A DNA stretch of 64,000 bases from an uncultured Nitrososphaerota archaeon (GTDB taxonomy: Archaea > Thermoproteota > Nitrososphaeria > Nitrososphaerales > Gagatemarchaeaceae), in contig CAVRAG010000008.1 in NCBI GenBank assembly GCA_963718895.1, positions 736,001 through 800,000 of the forward strand, given 5' to 3'. Positions within the stretch are counted from its first letter, which is position 1, and the number at the start of each line of letters is the position of its first letter. Shown in pieces: positions 1 through 10,545 of this stretch. The notes beneath the pieces were generated by a model. The model worked only from the letters and a program-made list of their open reading frames with translations. It did no database searches and was not told the origin of the DNA. The position numbers were made by a program, and so were the translations under genes.

Positions 1-40
1 GATCTCGGACCTCAAGGAGTGGTGCTTGTGTCTCGGACAA
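1..40 (-). CDS. oppF: Oligopeptide ABC transporter ATP-binding subunit (OppF-like), 5' fragment running off the window
   Basis: Manual translation from TTG at 40 gives MSETQAPLLEVRD, a typical OppD/F N-terminus, directly downstream of oppD. Confidence 0.65.
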   Translation of the reverse strand, partial: MSETQAPLLEVRD

Positions 41-54
41 CCATCTTCACCCTG

Positions 55-1035
55 CTATCTCGCGCCTTCCAGGAGCCAGCACTTCGACCTGCCGCCCGCC
101 GCGGTCGGGAAGGTGGGGGGCTCTTCCACCCGGCACCTGTCAAAGACGTAGGGGCACCTGGGATTGAACCGGCAACCCCTGGGAGGGTGAATCAGGTCAG
201 GAATCTCGCCTGGAATCGACTGAAGCCGGCCCACGTCCCGCTCGACCCTCGTTATCGAGTTCAGGAGTCCCTTGGTGTAGGGGTGTTGGGGGTTCAGGAA
301 GATGTCACGCGTCGTTCCCGTCTCCATGCCGTGTCCGGCGTACATCACCAGCACCTCGTCGCAGAACTCGGCGACTATGCCGAGATCGTGGGTGATCAGC
401 ACGACGGTCATGTTCCTCTCCTTCTGGAGCGACTTGAGCAGCGTCAGGATCTGCGCCTGTGTGATCACGTCCAGTGCCGTTGTCGGTTCGTCTGCTATCA
501 GGAGGTCAGGATTGTTGGCCAGCGCCATAGCGATGACGACGCGCTGCCGCATGCCGCCGCTGAACTGGTGAGGGTACCCGCGCGCCCTCTTCTCCGGCTC
601 CGGGATGCCGGTCGCGCGCATCAGGTCGATCGCTCTCTGTTCGGCCTCAGAGCGCGGGAGGCCTTCGTGCACCATCAAGGTCTCGGCTATCTGGAACCCG
701 ATCCTCAGCACGGGGTTCAGCGCGGTCATGGGGTCCTGATAGACCATCGAGATCTTCTTCCCCCGGTACTCCCTCATCTCGTTCTTCGTCTTCTTCAGGA
801 GGTCCTCACCCTTGTACAGTATCCTGCCGCTCTCGACCCTTCCGGGCGGGCTCGCGAGCAAGCCCATCACGGTGAGGGCGGTGACGCTCTTGCCCGAGCC
901 CGACTCCCCTACTATGCCGAAGGCTGAGCCCTGGGAGACCTTGAAGGAGAGGTGATTCACAGCGTCGACCGAGCCGCGGGCGAGGTGAAACTGCACCGAG
1001 AGGTCGTCGACCTCGAGGAGCGTGTCGGCGGTCAT
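55..1035 (-). CDS. oppD: Oligopeptide/dipeptide ABC transporter ATP-binding protein
   Basis: Walker A GESGSGKS, signature FSGGMRQR, Walker B IADEPTT, HPYT and C-terminal Cys cluster (CRFNPRC...C...C). Confidence 0.95.
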   Translation of the reverse strand: MTADTLLEVDDLSVQFHLARGSVDAVNHLSFKVSQGSAFGIVGESGSGKSVTALTVMGLLASPPGRVESGRILYKGEDLLKKTKNEMREYRGKKISMVYQDPMTALNPVLRIGFQIAETLMVHEGLPRSEAEQRAIDLMRATGIPEPEKRARGYPHQFSGGMRQRVVIAMALANNPDLLIADEPTTALDVITQAQILTLLKSLQKERNMTVVLITHDLGIVAEFCDEVLVMYAGHGMETGTTRDIFLNPQHPYTKGLLNSITRVERDVGRLQSIPGEIPDLIHPPRGCRFNPRCPYVFDRCRVEEPPTFPTAAGGRSKCWLLEGAR

Positions 1036-1039
1036 GGGT

Positions 1040-1946
1040 TCATCTCTTCTCCTCGGCCAGCTGGACAGCGATGGATTCCCCTTTCCTTCTCAGCTTCGGG
1101 GTGAGCGCCTCCTTCAGGCCTTCGCTTATGAGATAGAAGGAGAGAGACGTGGCGAAGATCGCGAGGCCCGGAAAGAGGGACATCCACCACGCTCCCTGTA
1201 TCATGTAGCTCAGGGAGATGTTGATGAGGAACCCCCAGCTCAGCGAGAGCGGAGCGAGACCGAGGAACTCTATGGTGGCCTCTGTGAGGATGACGACCGG
1301 TATGACCAGAGACGTGTAGACGAGGATGACGTTCGTCAAGTTCGGGAGCAGGTGCCTGAAGATTATCCTCCCCGTGCCGGCTCCCATCACCCTCTCGATC
1401 TGTATGAACTCCTGCTTCACCAGGGCAAGCGACGTTCGACCTGACTAGTCGGGCCATCAGCGGCCACATGGTCAGAGAGATCACGAGGAATATGTTGAAC
1501 AAACTCGGCTGTGCGACCGCCACCACGACGAGTATCAGTGGAAGGGTAGGCAGGGTCAGGAAGACGTCGACTATACGCATCAGGACCCCGTCCACGTTCC
1601 CTCCATAGTAGCCGGCCACGAGACCGCATAGCGTCCCCAGGACCGCTATCAGTCCCCCAGCCGCGAATGCGACGAGCAGATCGGTCCGGGCTCCGTAGGC
1701 GATCAGGATGACCATGTTGCGGCCGAGATAGTCCGTTCCGAAGGGGAAGGCCAGGCTTGGGGCCTCGAGTTGCCTCTCGATGAAGTACTTGCTTGGGCTC
1801 TCCGGGAAGATGTAGTTAGCGAAGGTTGCCGTCAGGGTCAGCAGGACGAGGAAGACGAGGGCCCCGAGCGCCAGCCTGTTCCTGGCGAAGCTCCTGAACA
1901 GGCCCGTGGCGGAGGTCAGCCTGCCCTCCTGGCCATCCTCAGTCAT
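1040..1946 (-). CDS. oppC: Oligopeptide ABC transporter permease (one +1 frameshift at ~1430)
   Basis: FPFGTDYLGR N-half joins the EFIQIERVMGAGTGRIIFRHLLPN half if one base is removed at AAC GTC G CTT. Confidence 0.88.
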
Positions 1947-2898
1947 AGGTGATCCTCGGGTCCAGGAACCCGTACACGACGTCCGTGACCAGGTTCACGA
2001 CGATGATGCTGACGGCGAAGATGAAGAAGAGAGACAGGACGACGGGATAGTCCCGGGTGATTATCGACTGGTAGGTGAGCAGGCCCAGGCCAGGCCATGT
2101 GAAAACCGTCTCTGTGACGATCGCTCCTGTGAGGAGGAACGCTACGTACAGTCCGGTCATGGTCACGGTGGGAAGGAGGGCATTCCTGAGAGCATGCCTG
2201 AAGAAGATGGTGCGCTCGGGGAGGCCCTTCCCCCGGGCCGTCATGATATAGTTCTGGTCGAGCACTTCCAGGAGGCTCACCCGCATCACCATCGAGAAGT
2301 TGGCAAGGTTGACGAGGGCGAGGCTCACCATCGGCAGGATGAGGTGGCTGAGTATGTCCATGAACGAACCGCCGCCGACCGCAGAGGTGATCCCACTGGC
2401 AGGGAGCAGCCTCAGGTCGAGCGCGAAGATGGTGAGCATGATGAAGCCGAGCCAGAAGGCCGGCATCGCGAAGAAGAAGAACGAGAAGCCAGAGAGCGAC
2501 CTGTCGAACAGCGAGAAAGGCTTCCTCGCCGCCAGGATGCCGAGCGATATCCCGAGGACTATGGTGAGGATCAAACTTGGAATCATCAGGAGAAGAGTTG
2601 CGGGGACCTTCTGGGCGATCACCTCTTGGGCCGGTTCGAGGTAGTAGTAGGAGACCCCCCAGTTACCTGTGAACAACCCCTCGATGTACGTGACGAACTG
2701 CACGTAGATCGGCTTGGAGAGTCCTAGGGAAGCGAGTATCTGCGCCCTCTCGGCAGGCGTGATTCTGGGATTTGAAGCCAGTATGTGACCCGGACCCCCT
2801 GGGGCAAGGTGGATGATGGCGAAGTTGATTACGGCGACGAGTACGATAAGTCCGAACGCGATGATGCAGCGCCGCACGAGGTAGGTCGCGAGACCCAT
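1939..2898 (-). CDS. oppB: Oligopeptide ABC transporter permease
   Basis: HLAPGG, GNWGVS, HLILP, EAA loop YIMTARGKGLPERTIFFRHALRNA, LDPRI end. Confidence 0.95.
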   Translation of the reverse strand: MGLATYLVRRCIIAFGLIVLVAVINFAIIHLAPGGPGHILASNPRITPAERAQILASLGLSKPIYVQFVTYIEGLFTGNWGVSYYYLEPAQEVIAQKVPATLLLMIPSLILTIVLGISLGILAARKPFSLFDRSLSGFSFFFFAMPAFWLGFIMLTIFALDLRLLPASGITSAVGGGSFMDILSHLILPMVSLALVNLANFSMVMRVSLLEVLDQNYIMTARGKGLPERTIFFRHALRNALLPTVTMTGLYVAFLLTGAIVTETVFTWPGLGLLTYQSIITRDYPVVLSLFFIFAVSIIVVNLVTDVVYGFLDPRITYD

Positions 2899-2938
2899 TC
2901 GAGCCTCCCCACCTCACTTGAGAGCGGGGGACGCCGGA

Positions 2939-4814
2939 CTACGCCCCGGTGATTGAATGTGGGAAAGCCTGACGTCTGTGGCTCTTGAGGACCCCAATCA
3001 CCAACACCCCCGAGACGACCACGAGCGCGGCGATCGTGCCAATCAGCGCCAACGGCGTGTAGCTGGACGAGCTCCCGGTGCTGGTGCTCGCTGTGGTGGC
3101 CGCCGATGTCGAGGTCGAGCTCACGATGCTCACCTGGGATATCGAGGAAGGCTTCATGTCTCCCCAGTAGTCATACTCTGGGTCACCGAGTCCGAAGTGG
3201 AACCCCTGGTAGTTGGAGTCGTAGGCCACAAGTTCGATGTTGTAGTAGAGCGGGAAGACCGGGAAGTCCTGGTAGGCGATTGAATCAATCTGTCTCAGGA
3301 TCGCGACCCTCTGTGCGGCGTTCGTGGTCCCTTCCTCCTGCTTCAGCAGCCCGTTGACGACCGTGTTATTGTAGCCGCCCGCGTTCCATCCTCCGGCACC
3401 TGCGTTTCCGCCGATGCCACCCACGATGTAGAAGGGTCCGACGTCGCCGTCAGGGGACTCAGAGATGGTCTGGACACTCATGCTCCAGACCAGCGGCTGG
3501 CCGTTGAACAGTTCGTTGTTGTAGGTGGCTGGGTCTAGCGGGACCAGGTTCAGGGTAATTCCCACGTTGCCGAGGTCAGCCTGAAACAGCTGCAGAATCT
3601 TCAGAGAAGCACCCGAGCCCGCACTCCCGAACCCGTTCGTGGGGTAGATCATGCTGATCGTGAATCTGTTCCCGCCGGTCATCGGGTATCCGGCCTTGTC
3701 GAGGAGTTGTCCCGCAGCCGTGGGATTGTAGGCATAGGCAGGACTCGGGATGCTGCTGTTCTGGGTGCTCAGGCCCAGGTAGAGCATGTTCGGGACCTCG
3801 ATCTGGTTCGCCAGCAGATAGTGGCCCGCGCCCAGCGAAGCGTTGAGTATGGTGTTCATGTCGGTCGCCATGGCAATGGCGTGTCTCACATTCACGTTCG
3901 AGATAGGGTTCGTGGAGTTGTCGGCCATCTTGGCGCCCATGTTGAAGATGATGTAGATCATCGACTGGTCTTCCTGTGTGGCCAGGCTGATGCCGGGCGT
4001 CTTGCTGATTGCACTTGAGTCAGTAGGCGGAACGTCCTGGAGGACGTTAATCTGGCCGCTCTCAAGAGCGAGCTCCGCAGAAGGAGAGTCAGAGTAGAAC
4101 TTTATGATCTCCTGGCTGAGCTTGGGAGCACCAAGATAGTAGTTCGGGTTGGCAGCCTCGGTCAGTTGGACCCCGGACGTGAACGAAGTTGGGATGAAGG
4201 CTCCGGAACCCACTATTTTGGTCATATCCGGGTTTCCCGTGTTCCAGTTGAAGTTCGCATAAGTGTGCTGCGGGATTATCTCCCATCCCCCTGCGTTCAG
4301 GATGAAGGGGGCGGAAGCCGCCGAGAGGTGGAAGATCGACCTCTGTCGAGTTAGGAGCGGTCACAGCACCCGGAGCAAGTGCTTCTCCGGAAGGATTGTT
4401 GCTGTTCGAGACGAGCAGCGGTCCGTAGATGCCGACTGCCCAGAACGAGGACTGGATGGCTGTCTGGTTCACGGAGAAGAGGACATCGGCGGACGTCAGG
4501 GCTTGCCCGTCGCTCCACTTTAGACCGCTTCTGAGGTTGAAGGTGTAGGTCAGCCCGTCGGACGAGATCTTCCACCAGTCTGCGAGCTGGGGAATCGTCG
4601 TGCCGTTGGAGGACCACCCTACCAGCCCCTGCCAGATCGCGCTGACATAGTAGGTCTGCGTGCTCTGCATGACGTTGAAAGTTTTCGGCGTGACAGCGTT
4701 CGTCGTACCGATGATAATCGTACCTCCTGACGAAGTTTGCGCCAGGACCGGACCGAAAGACGAGACAAGAAGAGCTCCCAAGACAGCCAGCGCCGTCACT
4801 GAGGTGTAACGCAC
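2939..4814 (-). CDS. oppA: ABC substrate-binding protein (SBP family 5) with signal peptide and C-terminal S/T linker plus TM anchor (one +1 frameshift at ~4337)
   Basis: PQLADWWKISSDGLTYTFNLRSGLKWSDG family-5 motif; the frame continues to VGSGAF...VRHAIAMA if one base is removed at GTC G ATC. Confidence 0.88.
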
Positions 4815-4996
4815 ACCTCCAAGAAGGGGAATTTACTATAAAAATATTCCGAGCGTTACAACAGAATTGGTAGTTTCGCGAATTTTCCAGATGGGAGATG
4901 TCCGGTTTGAAATCAGGCGCATCATACATCTGGGAAGTTCGCCGTAATCTAGGTCCCCAGATGCGGCCATTGCGAAATGGACGCTCGAACGATCGT

Positions 4997-6688
4997 CTAA
5001 ACGCCGGACCTACCGATGACCGGAAGGACGACGCACGACGGGTGCTCCGGGTCATGGAAGACCTTCTGATGGGCGACCCTGGCAATGACATCGTCCCCGA
5101 ACGGCTTGCCGGTGTTCATGTTCCGTGCGTATCTCGGAAAGTCCGAGCTCGTCAGCTCGACCCTAATCTTGTGTCCTTTCTGGAAGAGGTTGCTCGTGTA
5201 CCAGAGATTCAAGACGAGTCTGTAGACCCTGCCAGGTTTGATGGCCGTCGGCTTCTCGAGGGAGTCCCGGTACCTGCAGGTGATGATGCCGTCGGCGACC
5301 GGATGGGCGTAGCCGCTTGGATAGACATCGACCAGCCTGGCAGCGAAATCCGTGTCGCGCGCCGAAGACGAGGCGAAGAGCTCGACCGTCACCTGTCCCG
5401 TCACCTCCGTGGATCTTATCAGAGGGACCGTGTCGTAGTTGAGAGCGTCATCCCGCCTCTCTCCTGGCCTTCTGTCGTCCGGTTCGTTGACGTTGAGGGG
5501 GCTCGGGTTAGGCTCGTCTGGGTCGTAGTCGAACTCGTCCGTCGCCGCGTCGCCCGTGTGGGGCGGCCTCGCGTTCAGGAGTCCGTCTCCCTGGAGCCCG
5601 TTTGCGTGGCCCTTGCTGTGGAGATAGACCCTAGTGGGCTTCGCCCGCTTGAGAGGCCACGCAGATTCCTCTCTCCACTCGTTCCGTCCCATGGTGAAGA
5701 TTGTGACCGGCTTCTCCTTTTCCACACCGTTCTCGACTCCCTTGAGCCAGTAGTCGAACCACCGCTTTTGGACATCGTAGAGGTCGATCAGGGCTTCCTG
5801 GCCGAAGTCGATTCCTCCGTACCGACTCGACGCGTTGATTCCGTGGGGCCAGGGCCCGACCAACAGCATCTGACTCTTCCTCGCGGCGACGGTCCGGGCG
5901 GACGACTTCATCCTCAGGTAGTGCTGGAAGTTGCCGTCGGCGCAGTCGTCGTACCAGCCGGTGACGTTGAGGACGGGGACGTCGATCAGCTCGTGCTTCC
6001 CGTGAATGGACCTCGACTTCCAGAACTGGTCGTTGGTCTGGTGCTCCATGACCGCCCTCCAGAACTTGATATCTCGACCCATCGCCCTGTCCACCTCCTT
6101 CGCTGGCACGTGCATCCCGATCTTAGACAGGTCGTAGGCCAGGAGGTTCTGGCCCACGTGTGCATGGGTCTGTCCCATCCACCGGATGAGGTCGCCCCAG
6201 ACGAGCGTCCCATTCCGGTACCAGCAGTTGATGAAGAGGTCCGAGGGCGAGACCATCGAGACCATCGCCTTGAGCTCTGGGGGCTGCAGGACGGCCAGGT
6301 CCCACTGGACCTGGGCGAGGTACGAGCCCCCTGTCATCCCGACGCGGCCGTTGGACCAAGGTTGTCCCCGCAGCCAGACGATGGTATCGAGGCCGTCGGG
6401 TCCCTCGTTGGTGAACGGGAAGAACTCCCCCTCTGAGTCGTTCCTCCCTCTCACGTCCTGAATCACGACGGCGTATCCCCACGACGCGAAGGTCTTCCCG
6501 AACCTGACGGATTCGTCGTTGTTGTTGCTGTAGGGTGTCCGGATGAGGATGACCGGGTGCCTCCCGGCCCCCTTTGGGCGATAGATGTCGGTCGACAGCT
6601 TCACACCGTCCCGGGCGGGTACGGCCACGTCGAACTCCATCTGCACCTCTCCGTAGGGTTCGTGGGCGCGCAGGGGCGCTACCTTCAA
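4997..6688 (-). CDS. CocE/NonD family serine hydrolase (S15-like)
   Basis: RDGVKLSTDIYRP, RTPY, QDVRGR..SEG, nucleophile GGSYLA, GWYD, GPWPH, PepX-type C-terminal domain. Confidence 0.93.
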   Translation of the reverse strand: MKVAPLRAHEPYGEVQMEFDVAVPARDGVKLSTDIYRPKGAGRHPVILIRTPYSNNNDESVRFGKTFASWGYAVVIQDVRGRNDSEGEFFPFTNEGPDGLDTIVWLRGQPWSNGRVGMTGGSYLAQVQWDLAVLQPPELKAMVSMVSPSDLFINCWYRNGTLVWGDLIRWMGQTHAHVGQNLLAYDLSKIGMHVPAKEVDRAMGRDIKFWRAVMEHQTNDQFWKSRSIHGKHELIDVPVLNVTGWYDDCADGNFQHYLRMKSSARTVAARKSQMLLVGPWPHGINASSRYGGIDFGQEALIDLYDVQKRWFDYWLKGVENGVEKEKPVTIFTMGRNEWREESAWPLKRAKPTRVYLHSKGHANGLQGDGLLNARPPHTGDAATDEFDYDPDEPNPSPLNVNEPDDRRPGERRDDALNYDTVPLIRSTEVTGQVTVELFASSSARDTDFAARLVDVYPSGYAHPVADGIITCRYRDSLEKPTAIKPGRVYRLVLNLWYTSNLFQKGHKIRVELTSSDFPRYARNMNTGKPFGDDVIARVAHQKVFHDPEHPSCVVLPVIGRSGV

Positions 6689-6757
6689 GGTTGCGGAATC
6701 CGGCCGATATTCTACTTAAGCGTTCGGGAGTTCAGACCGCCCGGTCGGGCCTCTTGC

Positions 6758-8497
6758 CTAGGGAGCTCCCCAGCGGTCGGGCTTCCACGCCGGCGAGAAT
6801 TGGGGGCCTCTGAGCTCCTGGAAGGTCAGACGCGACGGGTGCTCCTCCGAGTGATAGACGGTCTGCTTCGCGACGATAGGTTTGGTCTCTTCCCATGTGC
6901 TCCCTCCGGTGTTGAAATTGGGGGCATAGGTCGGGAATGCGCTCGATGTGACCTCAAGTCTCATCTTGTGGCCCGCACTGAAGCGATGCGAGGTGGCCCA
7001 CATGCACACGTTGACCTTCACTATCTCTCCCGGCTTGACCAGCTTGATCCTCTCGAACCCGTCTCGGAACCTCAACCTCATGATTCCGTGCTGCAGCCTC
7101 TGGGCGTAGCCGTCAGGCCCGACGTCAGATAGCCTGGTTACGAAGTCGGTGTCCACTGCCGAAGTGCTGACGTACAGCTCGCTTCCCAGCATGCCAACCA
7201 CATCGAGGGGAGACTTCATCGGCTCAGATGTGAAGACGAGGACATCCTTCCGCCTCTGGATGTACCGGAGGTCCTCGTTCGTGCCGTTCTGGAACGCCTC
7301 CTTCCAGAACGGGGTCGGGGTGGGATCGGAGGGGTCGTAGGTGTATCTCGAGGATTTGGAACTCCCGTGAACCATGGTGAGCTTTCCCTTCCCCTCGAGC
7401 GTGTTGGAGGGCCCATCGGCGCTCAGCAGAAGCTCCCTCTGGACGCTCTTCGTCAGAGGGAACTCGGAGTGGTCCATCCACCTGTTGGCTCCCATGTGAA
7501 AGAGCCTGACGGGGGGCTCCCGCATGATACCGTTGTCATCCCCCTTCAGCCAGTAGTCGAACCACCGCACGGCCTCTCCGTGAAGCTGAACCACGGAGTC
7601 AGGCCCGTAGTCAAAGTCGCCCAGCTTGGTCGCCGGACGGTAGGGCGCCGAGAGCGGGTGGGCCCACGGACCGACCAGAAGCTTCTGGCTCCGCGCCACC
7701 ATCGGGTCGTGGTGCTTCAGGAGGCGCGGAAAGAAGTCCATCCCTCCGCTTATGCTGTCGTCGAACCAGCCTGTGACAAAATAGCACGGGACGGTCATCT
7801 TCTCGATCATGTCATCCGACCAGATGCGCTTCATGTAGGCGTCGTAGGTCTCGTGCTCATAGAGGTGCGACTGGATGTCCTCGTTCAGCCCCGCCCTCTT
7901 GGCCCAGTCCTTTAGGGGACGGATGTTCAACCACTGCTGCCAGTCGAACTCGTCGTCGTAGATCTCGTCCTTGTTGGTCTTGCCCGTAATCAGCGCTTGC
8001 CAAGCCCTCATTATCTGAACGTAGGCGCCGAAGGCGTACGCCGTGCAGTCGCGGAACGGGTGTATGGAGGGCGCGCACTCGATGAAGGCCGCCTTGTGGT
8101 ACTTCGAGCCGAGGCGCATGGTGTACAGCTGGGCGCAACCCCCGTACGACCTGCCGAAGGTGCCCACCTTTCCGCTCGACCAGGATTGGGTGCCACACCA
8201 CGTCAGAGCGTCGTGCACGTCCTCTATCTCCTGGAAGTTCGGTGTGAACTCTCCCTCAGAGTTCCCCCTGCCGCGGACATCGACGTGGACGACCACATAG
8301 CCCGCCCTGACGAAGGATCTGATGACGGTGCGGACCGGGGACTTCATCCCCCCGTCCTTGACGTACGGAGTCACGTTGAGCAGGACCGGGTGCTTCCCCT
8401 TCTGTTTCGGGAAGTAGACGTTTGCGGCCAGGTTCACGCTGTCTCGCATCGGAATCCTGACGTCGTACATCACTTCGGGTTGCTGCGCTATCGGCAT
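6758..8497 (-). CDS. CocE/NonD family serine hydrolase (second paralogue)
   Basis: MRDSVNLAANVYFP, TPY, DVRGRGNSEG, GRSYGG, GWFD, GPWAH; start chosen at MPIAQQ downstream of TTAA box. Confidence 0.92.
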   Translation of the reverse strand: MPIAQQPEVMYDVRIPMRDSVNLAANVYFPKQKGKHPVLLNVTPYVKDGGMKSPVRTVIRSFVRAGYVVVHVDVRGRGNSEGEFTPNFQEIEDVHDALTWCGTQSWSSGKVGTFGRSYGGCAQLYTMRLGSKYHKAAFIECAPSIHPFRDCTAYAFGAYVQIMRAWQALITGKTNKDEIYDDEFDWQQWLNIRPLKDWAKRAGLNEDIQSHLYEHETYDAYMKRIWSDDMIEKMTVPCYFVTGWFDDSISGGMDFFPRLLKHHDPMVARSQKLLVGPWAHPLSAPYRPATKLGDFDYGPDSVVQLHGEAVRWFDYWLKGDDNGIMREPPVRLFHMGANRWMDHSEFPLTKSVQRELLLSADGPSNTLEGKGKLTMVHGSSKSSRYTYDPSDPTPTPFWKEAFQNGTNEDLRYIQRRKDVLVFTSEPMKSPLDVVGMLGSELYVSTSAVDTDFVTRLSDVGPDGYAQRLQHGIMRLRFRDGFERIKLVKPGEIVKVNVCMWATSHRFSAGHKMRLEVTSSAFPTYAPNFNTGGSTWEETKPIVAKQTVYHSEEHPSRLTFQELRGPQFSPAWKPDRWGAP

Positions 8498-8575
8498 TGG
8501 GCGCCCATTGTCGCGCGGCGAAATTAAGTTTTGGCAGGGCCCTTCGGGCAACGGCCCCCACCCGGTCATGAGCCT

Positions 8576-8974
8576 TCAGAAGAGATGGAAATCCGACGGA
8601 AGCGACACCCCGAAGAGAGCGACGAGGACCAAGTTCATCACGAACGCCACGATCACGGCGAGCACGGCTATGCCTATCGCCCCCAGCCAGCCGACCTCGA
8701 AGATCGACCGGTAGAGGCCGAGCCAAGCGACGAACGCGAGCAGGACGGCAAACGCGTCGGCCGCACGCCCGATCAGCGCTCCAAGGAAGAAGGAGACCAC
8801 GGCCAAGACTATCACGAACACGATCGCTCCCCCGAGAGTTGCCCACATGGCCTGCCCGAATCTTGCCTTGCCCGACGTGACGACCTTGGCTGCGACGTAG
8901 ACGGGGAGGGAGACTATGACCCAGAGAATGATGAGGGCGACCAGAACGACGACTAGGCCAACCAGCCCTGCCAT
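8576..8974 (-). CDS. Small 4-TM integral membrane protein, unknown function
   Basis: Four hydrophobic segments; TTAAA box about 25 nt upstream of ATG. Confidence 0.75.
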   Translation of the reverse strand: MAGLVGLVVVLVALIILWVIVSLPVYVAAKVVTSGKARFGQAMWATLGGAIVFVIVLAVVSFFLGALIGRAADAFAVLLAFVAWLGLYRSIFEVGWLGAIGIAVLAVIVAFVMNLVLVALFGVSLPSDFHLF

Positions 8975-9062
8975 GCGTCCGATCGCGGCCTGCGGAGATT
9001 TAAGACTAACCAGCACGTCGAGATCTTGCAGAGATAAATAGCATTACCGAGGGAAATCTCCC

Positions 9063-10535
9063 GTGCAAGTCCCGTCCCAGATGTACATCGATGGAAGGTG
9101 GGTAGACTCCGAAACCTCGGAGACCATGAACATTCTGAACCCGGCCAATCAGGAGGTCCTCGCGACCCTCCCGAAGGGCGGGAGGCAGGACACGAGGATG
9201 GCTATCGACGCGGCCTCGGAGGCTTTGAAGAAGGCAGAGTCGATGACCGCGTACGAGAGGTCGAAGATCCTGCTGAAGGTGGCTGGCCTCCTGGAGCAGT
9301 CCTCCCAGCAGATGTCCGCCCTCATATCCAAGAACGTCGGGAAGCCAATCGCCGATGCTGAGGCCGAGACGGCCCGCGGAGTGCTCACGCTCACGTTCGC
9401 CTCCGAGGAGGCGAAGAGGATGTACGGACAGACGATCCCCCTGGACAACACCCCGTTCCCGCCGGGAAATCAGAACAGGCTGGGGTTCACGCTCCGCGAG
9501 CCGATAGGAGTGGTGGGGGCAATCTCGCCGTTCAACTTCCCGCTCAACCTGCTGCTGCACAAGGTGGCGCCGGCGCTCGCCGCCGGAAACACGGTCGTCG
9601 TGAAGCCACCGAGCGACGGCCCGCTCCCTGCGCTCATGATGGCCAAGCTCTTCGAGGAGGCGGGGCTCCCCAAGGGGTTGCTCAACGTCGTGATCGGGCC
9701 CGGTGGCGAGGTGGGAGACGAGATAGTCACCAGTTGGAAGGTGAACGCGATCACCTTCACCGGGGACACGGAGACAGGGAAGGAGATAGCGGAGAGGGCG
9801 GCGCGGACGAACAAGAAGGTCATTCTGGAACTTGGCGGGCACAACCCGCTGATCGTCTTGGATGACGCCAAGGTCGTGAACGCGGTCAACTCCGCGCTCA
9901 CCGGGACCTTCTCCTACGCGGGGCAGGTCTGCACGGCGACGAGAAGAATCATCCTGAGCGAGAGGGTCAAGGAAAGGTTCCTGACCCAGTTCGAACAGGC
10001 CGTCGGGACGCTGAAGGTGGGCGACCCAATGGACCGGACGACGAGCGTCGGACCCATCATAAACGTCCGGAGCCTCGAGAAGATAGACGGCCTCGTCAGG
10101 GATGCCTCGGAGAAGGGTGCTAAGGTCAGGATGGGAGGGTCGCGCATGAGCAGCGGGGAGTACGCCCAGGGCAACTACTACTCGCCCACGATACTGGAAG
10201 GGGTCGTCGGAGGGATGGAGATCGCCCAGAAGGAGGTCTTCGGACCGGTCTCAGCCATCATGGAGGCTTCGAGCGACGACGAGGCCGTGGAGCTGGCGAA
10301 CAACACCATCTATGGACTGCAGGCCTCCATCTACACATCTGACCTCGCCCGAGGCCTCAGGCTCGCCAAGAGGGTGAAGGCGGGCGCGGTCATGATAAAC
10401 GATCGGACGAACCTGCGCTGGGACAACGCTCCGTTCGGGGGCATCAAGAGAAGCGGGATGGGCCGGGAGGGGGTGAGCCTGGCCATAGGGGAGCTCACGG
10501 AACTGAAGTTCATAGTAGCGAACCTGGCAGAGTAG
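9063..10535 (+). CDS. NAD(P)-dependent aldehyde dehydrogenase
   Basis: PFNFP, FTGDT, catalytic LELGG and GQVCTA, EVFGPV, PFGGIKRSG. Confidence 0.95.
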   Translation: MQVPSQMYIDGRWVDSETSETMNILNPANQEVLATLPKGGRQDTRMAIDAASEALKKAESMTAYERSKILLKVAGLLEQSSQQMSALISKNVGKPIADAEAETARGVLTLTFASEEAKRMYGQTIPLDNTPFPPGNQNRLGFTLREPIGVVGAISPFNFPLNLLLHKVAPALAAGNTVVVKPPSDGPLPALMMAKLFEEAGLPKGLLNVVIGPGGEVGDEIVTSWKVNAITFTGDTETGKEIAERAARTNKKVILELGGHNPLIVLDDAKVVNAVNSALTGTFSYAGQVCTATRRIILSERVKERFLTQFEQAVGTLKVGDPMDRTTSVGPIINVRSLEKIDGLVRDASEKGAKVRMGGSRMSSGEYAQGNYYSPTILEGVVGGMEIAQKEVFGPVSAIMEASSDDEAVELANNTIYGLQASIYTSDLARGLRLAKRVKAGAVMINDRTNLRWDNAPFGGIKRSGMGREGVSLAIGELTELKFIVANLAE

Positions 10536-10545
10536 GGAAATCTCC

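Noticed and set aside
1427-4340. Programmed ribosomal frameshifting in oppC/oppA
   Set aside because: No slippery sequence; the pattern fits a consensus artefact
4898-6436. Long antisense ORFs (e.g. 4898-6436, 19-927, 23999-25243, 31016-31921)
   Set aside because: Shadow frames of well-supported genes in GC-rich DNA, with no motifs
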